From Lachnospiraceae bacterium (GTDB taxonomy: Bacteria; Bacillota; Clostridia; Lachnospirales; Lachnospiraceae): a stretch of 64,000 bases of DNA. Location: NCBI GenBank assembly GCA_024693925.1, contig JAILKH010000019.1, positions 7,520-71,519 of the forward strand, read 5' to 3'. The notes under the pieces are model-generated. The model had not been told where the DNA came from, searched no databases, and saw only the letters and a list, made by a program, of their open reading frames with translations. Below, piece by piece: positions 56,724 through 64,000 of this stretch. A program made the translations under genes and the position numbers. Each line of letters opens with the position of its first letter. Positions within the stretch are counted from its first letter, which is position 1.

Positions 56724-58808
56724 TCATCTCCCCCGTAAAAGCGGTTCATTAAGTTCCAAAAGCCCCTCCAACACGAACAAACCGTCTTCTATGACAGCCG
56801 TCTGCGTTCCGTCAGTCTTAATGGCATAAACTCCGCCAAGTTCATCATAAGGAATGGTTATATCCGTATGACAGCTAAAATATGCCTTATCCGGATCCGT
56901 ATTCCTAAGATCCGCGTAATCATTGGATCTGGCAACAATAGCCTTTCCATCGGGATTATATGACATAATATCTTCCTCGTGGCTGTAGCAGGTATCTCCC
57001 ACAGCAAAATGGGGACCGGTCTTTTCACCGATAAGAATAGGCAATAGCCCTTCTATACCGTAATCTCTTGCCATCCTGTATGCGGTTGTATTGGTTCCTA
57101 TGGCAAACTCTCCCATGGGAAGGGTTTTATGATGATGCAGAAGGTTATCCTCAATATACCTCTTGTTGGCTTCTTCGGTATCAAAATTTTTACAGGAATA
57201 TTTAACTATTACTCCTTCGGAAAATTCCAGCCAAAGATCTATGTACTTTAATTCACCCAGATAAATACAGGGAGAATGAAGTATTCCTGCGGTTCCTTTA
57301 AGCTTTGGAGATGTAAAAACCTCTCCCAGCGGTATATTTACATCCGCAACACAGTTTTCGAAATTTGTCTCCTTTTGAGGATCTTTAAGCTCATTTAATG
57401 CTACTATTATCTCGGTTTTGTTTTTTCCCTTGCCTGCTACCCTTACATAATTTGCCTTATCCAGCACATCAATTATAATCTGCTGCATTTTCTCGTATTT
57501 ATTATAATCCAGGGTATTAAGCTTTACCGTTTCCTTAAAGATCGCCTCAAAATCATTCCCGATATAAGGCTTGGGATAAGCTATAATGGTAAAAGAATTT
57601 TCATCGCCTTTTATATATTCATTCATTAGTTTTGAACTTTTTTTCACATATTTGACCGAAAGTTTCCTTTGCTTATCAGACAAAACAAAAGCCTCCGGTT
57701 TATTCACCGGCGCAAAGGGCTCCTGACCGAATTCCTCAATCACCGCAGGACCGGCATACACCGCAGCCAGTTCTTTATTATCTTCATAAGCCATTCTGAG
57801 AACATCCAATTTACGGTTTACATAATCATTATCAAGATATATCGCTTCATCTTCCCTGTGATCATAATCATACTGTTTATTAGGTATTGCCCCATAATAC
57901 CCTATACGTACATGACCCTTTTTATTTAAAGACAATCCCGAAGCCCTGTATATAATACATTTAAGGCCCATGGCTTCAAACTGTTCAACCGCATATTTTA
58001 CCATACGCTCAAAACCGAGAGGGAATCTTATGTTAACCGTTTTTTTCCTTGAGATATCTTTTCCCGTTTTATAAAAACCGATCCTATAACCCTCGGTATA
58101 GGTTTTTGCCATAGCCCTGACCTCTTCCTCATCAAGACTGTTAATATATTCTGCCAGCTTTATCTCGGCATCCGAAATATATTCCCCGAAATAATACAGA
58201 TATACAGGATCCATAAGATCGCACTCTCTGATTATTCTTAAGGCATAATCACAGGAAGGATCCAGTTGCTCCTTTACTCTTAAACTGCAAACAATCTCAC
58301 AATTATCCCTTTCAAACCAATATATACACTGTCTTATTTCTTCAGCCTTTAAGCCTCCGCTTTTTTTCTCTTCTGCCGCCGTTGTAAAAATACAATATAT
58401 CTCTACAAACAATTCCATATAAAGAGTGAGTATTTCTTCATTACTTTCATATGCATAGGGGATCAGCCCTCTGATCTCCGCCCACAAAAAACACAGATAT
58501 CCGGCAATATCTTCATCATAATATCCTTTTTTGAAAAGCTTTACAATATATTCGGGATTGGCATAACTGTTATCATAATTTTTCCCGACAATATCCTCAT
58601 AAAGCTGCCGATTTATATTTTCAAGTTCCTTTCGGTCCATTTCAAACAGCCGCCCCGAGGATGAAATTTTAAACACCTTATCCAAAAGTATCAGAAACCC
58701 GGCCCCCCGGTTAAAATACGAACAAACCGGCTCCCCCAAAACTTTCTCATCGCATATTTCCTTTATTCTATCCAATACCAATTCATATCTTGAATCCATC
58801 ATAAGCAT
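56724..58808 (-). CDS. M29 (aminopeptidase T/PepS)-like peptidase with an N-terminal extension of about 330 aa
   Basis: The C-terminal GEFAIGTN, LIGEKTGPHFAVGDT and CHTDITIP match the metal-site layout of the M29 family as I recall it. The N-terminal half was not recognised. Confidence 0.55.
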   Translation of the reverse strand: MLMMDSRYELVLDRIKEICDEKVLGEPVCSYFNRGAGFLILLDKVFKISSSGRLFEMDRKELENINRQLYEDIVGKNYDNSYANPEYIVKLFKKGYYDEDIAGYLCFLWAEIRGLIPYAYESNEEILTLYMELFVEIYCIFTTAAEEKKSGGLKAEEIRQCIYWFERDNCEIVCSLRVKEQLDPSCDYALRIIRECDLMDPVYLYYFGEYISDAEIKLAEYINSLDEEEVRAMAKTYTEGYRIGFYKTGKDISRKKTVNIRFPLGFERMVKYAVEQFEAMGLKCIIYRASGLSLNKKGHVRIGYYGAIPNKQYDYDHREDEAIYLDNDYVNRKLDVLRMAYEDNKELAAVYAGPAVIEEFGQEPFAPVNKPEAFVLSDKQRKLSVKYVKKSSKLMNEYIKGDENSFTIIAYPKPYIGNDFEAIFKETVKLNTLDYNKYEKMQQIIIDVLDKANYVRVAGKGKNKTEIIVALNELKDPQKETNFENCVADVNIPLGEVFTSPKLKGTAGILHSPCIYLGELKYIDLWLEFSEGVIVKYSCKNFDTEEANKRYIEDNLLHHHKTLPMGEFAIGTNTTAYRMARDYGIEGLLPILIGEKTGPHFAVGDTCYSHEEDIMSYNPDGKAIVARSNDYADLRNTDPDKAYFSCHTDITIPYDELGGVYAIKTDGTQTAVIEDGLFVLEGLLELNEPLLRGR

Positions 58809-58823
58809 AACCTGTAATCCGTT

Positions 58824-59156
58824 CTATATTCCCCAAAATAAAATAAGTGTCCAAAGCAACATACCGATCATATTTAATACCATCGCAAAATATGAAACCC
58901 ATTTATAAATATCGCTTTCATTAAGGCTGGTCATACCCGCAATGGTTCCCACTATATTCCCAAGCATTCCAAACAAGCCTACTCCGCCAAGATGCGCCGG
59001 CGGCTCCCCTTTATCTTTAAAAGATACAGCGACTGCCCCCATCATTCCGGCCACCGAACATATCCCCATGGTAAGGGCCAGAATACTTTGCAGGGAATAA
59101 TGCCTGGAAGTAAACATAAAACTCTTTTTCTTCCTGATTTTTCTGGGCTTTGGCAT
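58824..59156 (-). CDS. Small membrane protein (3 predicted TM helices)
   Basis: Basic N-terminus MPKPRKIRKKK followed by hydrophobic helices. Its ATG shares one base with the pyrE stop (TAATG). Confidence 0.5.
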   Translation of the reverse strand: MPKPRKIRKKKSFMFTSRHYSLQSILALTMGICSVAGMMGAVAVSFKDKGEPPAHLGGVGLFGMLGNIVGTIAGMTSLNESDIYKWVSYFAMVLNMIGMLLWTLILFWGI

Positions 59157-59833
59157 TATTTCACTCCGTATTCTTCATAATAATCATCCAATGCAGCCTT
59201 TATTGTGTCATCAATAACGATCCGGCCTTTTATATTTTTATTGTATAAACATTCCGTAACTTCTTTCATATTTACGATAGAACGAGCCTCGATACCGTAT
59301 TTTTCTTTTATTTCTTCCAGTGCACTCATCTTACCGGACAGCCCCACCTCCATCCGGTTTAAAGATACTATAAGGCCTTTTATTTCAACATCCGCCTGGG
59401 CTTTTATTATCGGATAGGTTTCCTCTATGGACTTACCGGAGGTCGTAACATCTTCTATCATTATAACCCTGTCCTTATCATACAACCCGGACCCCAGCAG
59501 TATTCCGGTATCCCCATGATCCTTAACCTCTTTTCGGTTAGAGCAATAGCGCACTTCCTTACCATACAAAGAACTTAATGCCATAGCGGTCGAAACTGCC
59601 AAAGGTATACCTTTATAAGCAGGTCCGAATAAAACATCAAAATCCAGGGAAAAATTATCATGTATAGCTTTGGCATAATATTCTCCCAGCTTACGAAGCT
59701 GTAAACCCGTTACGTAAGCTCCCGCATTCATAAAAAAAGGAGATTTCCTGCCGCTTTTTAAAGTAAATTCACCAAATTTAAGAACCTCACTGTCAACCAT
59801 AAATTCAATAAATTCCTGTTTATATTGTTCCAT
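59156..59833 (-). CDS. pyrE: Orotate phosphoribosyltransferase
   Basis: FGEFTLKSGRKSPFFMN and PRPP-binding VIMIEDVTTSGKS. ATG 59833 (MEQYKQEF) follows AGGAGG. Confidence 0.93.
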   Translation of the reverse strand: MEQYKQEFIEFMVDSEVLKFGEFTLKSGRKSPFFMNAGAYVTGLQLRKLGEYYAKAIHDNFSLDFDVLFGPAYKGIPLAVSTAMALSSLYGKEVRYCSNRKEVKDHGDTGILLGSGLYDKDRVIMIEDVTTSGKSIEETYPIIKAQADVEIKGLIVSLNRMEVGLSGKMSALEEIKEKYGIEARSIVNMKEVTECLYNKNIKGRIVIDDTIKAALDDYYEEYGVK

Positions 59834-59911
59834 AATCCCGTAATTCCTCCTAAATATCATATCTGACCACACAATTATCCGTAAGACCGGCATTTTATTA
59901 TCCCCTCATAC

Positions 59912-59946
59912 GACTAAAAGGAGGGGAATCTTTAATTCTCCTCCTT
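59912..59946 (-). terminator. Hairpin after the STAS/kinase pair (probable terminator)
   Basis: Minus strand reads AAGGAGGAGAAT-TAAAG-ATTCCCCTCCTT (11 of 12 bp paired) followed by TTAGTCG. The downstream GAGGGG could pair alternatively with CCCCTC. Confidence 0.45.
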
Positions 59947-59955
59947 AGCATATGA

Positions 59956-60360
59956 TCAAAAAGCCTTCCTGATCGTAAGTATATTCATACCGTCCTTATA
60001 TTCATACAATACTTCATCCATACTTTTTTTCACCATAAATATCCCAAGTCCGCCGATATCCCTTTCCTCTGCCGAAAGAGTAATATCCGGATCGGGCTTT
60101 TTAAGCGGGTCATACGGTCTTCCTTTATCCTTAAAGGTAATTTCAGCTGTCATGGGTTCACCGTCTATGTTTACACATACAGTAGCATCGCCGCTGCTAT
60201 CGTATGCATAATAACATATATTTGAAAACAACTCGTCAATGGCCACATCGATCTGCATCTGTACCTTAAGAGGACATTCTTTTTCCTCAAGCAAAGCATC
60301 CACAAACTCCGTCACCACCGGCAACTTACTGACATCTGCTTCTACGGTTATTTCTTTCAC
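59956..60360 (-). CDS. Anti-sigma regulatory factor (RsbW/SpoIIAB-type Ser kinase, HATPase_c)
   Basis: N-box DELFSNI and G-boxes DKGRPYD and GGLGIFMV. 134 aa, GTG start. Confidence 0.8.
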   Translation of the reverse strand: MKEITVEADVSKLPVVTEFVDALLEEKECPLKVQMQIDVAIDELFSNICYYAYDSSGDATVCVNIDGEPMTAEITFKDKGRPYDPLKKPDPDITLSAEERDIGGLGIFMVKKSMDEVLYEYKDGMNILTIRKAF

Positions 60361-60381
60361 TGTCCATTACCTTTCTTTTTA

Positions 60382-60678
60382 CTATGCGAACGTAAGTATA
60401 TCCGAAAAACCGGTAACTTCAAATATCTCCATTATCTCCGGGCTTACATTTGTTATTGTCATTTTACCGACTTTATTCATCTGTTTCTGCGCTGATAAAA
60501 GCACTCTTAATCCTGCCGATGATATATAATCAAGCTTTTCAAAATCCAGCAAAAGATCTTCAACATTCTCAAGTGATGCTTTAAACTCATTTTCCAGTTC
60601 CGGAGCCGTTGTTGTATCCAAACGTCCTTCTATTGCTACCGTTAACTTATTACCTTCCTCAATTTTATTGATCTTCAT
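60382..60678 (-). CDS. STAS-domain anti-sigma-factor antagonist (RsbV/SpoIIAA-like)
   Basis: LDYISSAGLRVL with a conserved phosphorylatable Ser. Start at ATG 60678 (MKINKIEEG) gives 98 aa. Confidence 0.85.
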   Translation of the reverse strand: MKINKIEEGNKLTVAIEGRLDTTTAPELENEFKASLENVEDLLLDFEKLDYISSAGLRVLLSAQKQMNKVGKMTITNVSPEIMEIFEVTGFSDILTFA

Positions 60679-60844
60679 TATTGTTCCAATCTCCTTTCCG
60701 TACACATCCCGGGTACTCATCTCCTCGTACTGTACACCGGGCTGCAAATAAATCATTTTTTTGTAAGTATATCACATCTTCATACCAATTACACTTAAAT
60801 ATTTTAACTCAATATTTAATATATTACAATCCTGCGTATTATTA

Positions 60845-62788
60845 TCATCCGCCCGTTGTTATCCGGTTCCCGGTATACAGACTGTAATATTTTCCCTTCT
60901 GTATAAGAAGCTCCTCATGGGTTCCTCTCTCAATTATCCGCCCCTGTTCAAGTACCATTATACGATCACTGTTTTTTATAGTGGAAAGACGATGAGCTAT
61001 AACGAAAGTGGTCCTTCCCTTCATAAGCTTATCCATTCCCTGCTGTATAAGTTTCTCCGTACGTGTATCTATGGAGCTGGTGGCTTCATCCAATATTAAC
61101 ACCGGCGGGTCTGCTATTGCAGCTCTTGCAATAGCAAGCAGTTGTCGCTGTCCCTGACTGAGCGCCCCTCCGTCACCGGTTATCACTGTATCATAACCCT
61201 TGGGAAGCTTCTTAATAAAAGAATGGGCATTCGCAAGCTTTGCAGCCGCTATAACCTCTTCATCACCAGAATCCAGCTTACCGTATTTTATATTCTCTTT
61301 TATTGTACCCGTAAAAAGATGGGTGTCCTGCAAAACAATCCCCAGGGATCTTCTAAGATCTGCTTTTTTGATCTTGTTAATGTTGATCCCGTCATACCTT
61401 ATCTTCCCATCCTGAATGTCATAGAATCGGTTTATAAGATTTGTGATAGTAGTCTTGCCCGCTCCCGTGGAGCCCACGAAAGCTATCTTCATCCCCGGGG
61501 TTGCGGATATATCGATATTATGGAGCACCATTTTCTCATCGGTATAACCGAAATCCACATCATCAAAGACCACATCTCCCTTAAGTTCAACATAAGTGGT
61601 AGTATCGTCAGCCTTATGATAATGTTTCCAGGCCCAGAGCCCCGTCCTTTTATCGGTTTCCTTAAGCTTACCCTCTTTATCCCTTACGGCATTTACAAGC
61701 ATTACATATCCTTCATCAACCTCAGGTTCCTCATCCATAAGCTTAAATACCCTGTCAGCTCCCGCAAGAGCCATAACAACCGTATTAAACTGCTGGCTGA
61801 TCTGATTTATAGGCATGGAAAAATTCTTATTAAAAGTCAGGAAACTCGCAAGTGATCCCAGGGTAAACCCTCCCACTTCTCCTATAGCAAGTATGGCCCC
61901 CACAATGGCAACAAGTACATAACTCACATTTCCGAGCTGCGCATTTATAGGTCCCATAACATTCACATATTTATTTGCATTATCCGCACTCACAAAAAGC
62001 TTCTCGTTAAGTTCATCAAACTTATTCCGAGCCTCTTCTTCGTGGCAGAATACCTTTACAACCTTTTGCCCCTCCATCATTTCTTCAATATAACCGTTAA
62101 GGGCACCAAGTTCACTTTGCTGCTTAATAAAGAAAGCCGAGCTCTTACTTACAACCTTTTTGGCGGCGTACATCATTACGGCTACCATAAACAGGGTAAC
62201 TGCCGTAAGCGGAATACTTAAGGCCAGCATACTCAGCAAAATGCTTACCACGGTAATCAGAGAATTAAGCAGCTGGGGCATAGTCTGAGAGATAACCTGA
62301 CGAAGGGTATCCACATCATTTGTGTAAACAGACATGATATCACCGTGACTGTGAGTATCAAAATAACGTATCGGAAGATTCTCCATTTTAGCAAAAAGAT
62401 TTACACGTATCTTCTTTAAAGAACCCTGTGAAATATAAATCATTGTCTTATTGTACGCAAATGAAGCCAAAACTCCCGTTCCGTAAACAAAACTCATACG
62501 GATTATCGCTTTTTTAAGCAGGGAAAAATCCGGAACCTTCTTTCCTATCATGGGTAGTATATAAACATCCACAAGCTCTTTGGTAAACAAAGTTCCCCTA
62601 ACGGTACACAAAACCGATATTATTATACAAACAACAACAAATACTGCCTGCAGCTTATATTCTCCGAAGCTGTATGCTATAAGACGTTTAAATATTTTCC
62701 CGGGATCATCAAGCTTAGGCCTGGGACCAAATCCCCTTGCCCCCGGACCTCTGCCCATCTTTATCTCTTTAACTTTGGGTTCAGCCAT
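60845..62788 (-). CDS. ABC exporter, fused permease/ATPase (heterodimer subunit)
   Basis: 6-TM domain plus GSTGAGKTT, LSQGQRQLLAIARA and VLILDEATSSID. Its ATG overlaps the upstream stop (TAATG). Confidence 0.92.
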   Translation of the reverse strand: MAEPKVKEIKMGRGPGARGFGPRPKLDDPGKIFKRLIAYSFGEYKLQAVFVVVCIIISVLCTVRGTLFTKELVDVYILPMIGKKVPDFSLLKKAIIRMSFVYGTGVLASFAYNKTMIYISQGSLKKIRVNLFAKMENLPIRYFDTHSHGDIMSVYTNDVDTLRQVISQTMPQLLNSLITVVSILLSMLALSIPLTAVTLFMVAVMMYAAKKVVSKSSAFFIKQQSELGALNGYIEEMMEGQKVVKVFCHEEEARNKFDELNEKLFVSADNANKYVNVMGPINAQLGNVSYVLVAIVGAILAIGEVGGFTLGSLASFLTFNKNFSMPINQISQQFNTVVMALAGADRVFKLMDEEPEVDEGYVMLVNAVRDKEGKLKETDKRTGLWAWKHYHKADDTTTYVELKGDVVFDDVDFGYTDEKMVLHNIDISATPGMKIAFVGSTGAGKTTITNLINRFYDIQDGKIRYDGININKIKKADLRRSLGIVLQDTHLFTGTIKENIKYGKLDSGDEEVIAAAKLANAHSFIKKLPKGYDTVITGDGGALSQGQRQLLAIARAAIADPPVLILDEATSSIDTRTEKLIQQGMDKLMKGRTTFVIAHRLSTIKNSDRIMVLEQGRIIERGTHEELLIQKGKYYSLYTGNRITTGG

Positions 62789-64000
62789 TACTCCTCACCC
62801 CCTTTATAATCTTCATCTGCAAGAGCTTTAATTTTTTCGGGAGATTTTCCTTTCTCTTCAAATCCGTCAAAATCACGCTCTCCCATCTGTGATTCATAAA
62901 CATCTTTATAGATAACATTGTTATTTAACAATTCTTCATGGGTTCCCACACCATTTATGCGTCCATCTTCCATAACAATGATCCTGTCCGCATCCTGAAC
63001 GGAAGAAACTCTCTGTGCGATTATTATCTTGGTTACATCCGGGATTTCCTCATAGAATGCCCTGCGTATTCCGGCATCCGTTGCCGTATCCACCGCAGAG
63101 GTTGAATCATCCAGTATAAGGATCTTAGGTTTTTTAAGCAAAGCCCTGGCAATACACAGTCTTTGCTTCTGTCCCCCGGATACATTGGTACCTCCCTGTT
63201 CTATATAAGTATCATATTTATCGGGCATTTTTTCTATAAATTCATCCGCGCAGGCCATTTTACAGGCGCGGATACATTCATCTTCACTTGCATCCTTATT
63301 ACCCCAGCGAAGATTTTCCATTATCGTCCCGGAAAAAAGAACATTTTTCTGAAGCACCACTGAAACTTCCTTACGTAGGACCTCAAGATCATATTCTTTA
63401 ACATTTCGTCCGCCAACTTTGACAACGCCCAAAGAAGCATCATATAACCTGCATATCAGATTTACAAGACTGGTTTTTCCGCTGCCCGTACCTCCTATTA
63501 TCCCCACAGTTTCCCCGGAATTTATCTTTAAGCTTATATCCTTAAGGACCATGGACTCGCTTTCCTTGTAATATGAAAAATCAACATCTTCAAACTCTAT
63601 GCTTCCGTCACGAACACTCATAAGGGGCTCCTCCGGATTGACAATGTCCGGTCTTTCATCAAGCACCTCCACAATACGTTCGCCACTGGCCATACTCATG
63701 GACAGCATAACAAAGATCATGGAAAGCATCATAAGATTCATCAGGATATTCATACAATATGTAAGCAGTGTCATAAGATCGCCGGTAGTTAACTCATCAC
63801 TTACTATCATATGGGCTCCCACCCAGCTGATAAGCAAAATACAGGTATATACGGCAGTCATCATTATGGGTGCATTCAACACCACCCTGCTTTCCGCATT
63901 CACAAAAAGCTTATATATGTTTTCACAGGCTTTGTACATACGTGATTTTTCATAATCCTCACGTACGTAAGCCTTAACAACTCTTATGGCATTAACATTT
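62788..64000 (-). CDS. ABC exporter, fused permease/ATPase (heterodimer partner), N-terminus outside window
   Basis: GGTGSGKTS, VSGGQKQRLCIARAL and ILILDDSTSAVD. The frame stays open upstream of the track's first Met (63939) to the right edge (...NAIRVVKAYVREDYEKSRMYKA...). Confidence 0.9.
   Translation of the reverse strand, partial: NVNAIRVVKAYVREDYEKSRMYKACENIYKLFVNAESRVVLNAPIMMTAVYTCILLISWVGAHMIVSDELTTGDLMTLLTYCMNILMNLMMLSMIFVMLSMSMASGERIVEVLDERPDIVNPEEPLMSVRDGSIEFEDVDFSYYKESESMVLKDISLKINSGETVGIIGGTGSGKTSLVNLICRLYDASLGVVKVGGRNVKEYDLEVLRKEVSVVLQKNVLFSGTIMENLRWGNKDASEDECIRACKMACADEFIEKMPDKYDTYIEQGGTNVSGGQKQRLCIARALLKKPKILILDDSTSAVDTATDAGIRRAFYEEIPDVTKIIIAQRVSSVQDADRIIVMEDGRINGVGTHEELLNNNVIYKDVYESQMGERDFDGFEEKGKSPEKIKALADEDYKGGEE

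Noticed and set aside
59834-59955. PyrR-type attenuator upstream of pyrE
   Set aside because: Hairpins are present, but I could not find the PyrR binding-loop consensus (UCCAGAGAGG-like). The main hairpin is better explained as the terminator of the upstream operon.

Overview
This 64 kb window comes from a low-GC Gram-positive chromosome. Gene content looks like Clostridia, possibly Lachnospiraceae or Butyrivibrio-like, but that is a guess by eye. I call 53 protein-coding genes, 51 of them on the minus strand and tightly packed. I see no rRNA, tRNA, CRISPR array, IS element or prophage. Most of the window is core housekeeping: gap, pgk and tpiA, argS, xerD, nudF, an amino-sugar cluster (glmM, a GlmU-C-like acetyltransferase, nagB), queH, trxA, greA, radA, clpC, purE-purM-purN-purD, pyrE, an amino-acid ABC importer and a heterodimeric ABC exporter. 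The accessory content is more varied:
- a GH10 xylanase lipoprotein with a GH120-like beta-helix enzyme
- a 1941-aa surface protein carrying a PI-PLC X domain
- an SH3b/glucosaminidase autolysin
- a 965-aa single-pass protein with a 61-residue D/E tract and a Q/G/Y-rich tail
- two membrane proteins that look like degenerate histidine-kinase remnants, one with a pseudo-receiver
- a SpoVK/CbbX-like AAA+ gene between gap and pgk
- a ThrH homologue, a group-B-like [FeFe]-hydrogenase, a FliB-like methylase and an orphan STAS/anti-sigma-kinase pair
I did not find a convincing self-contained novel multi-gene system such as a defence island. The best candidates for follow-up are:
1. An in-frame HTH-like extension on glmM, together with an array of five copies of an 11-bp motif just upstream.
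2. The autolysin, D/E-QGY protein and clpC string behind one strong promoter.
3. The operon of degenerate kinase-like membrane proteins with a repeat protein.
All functional calls rest on motif recognition by eye. No database search or computation was run.
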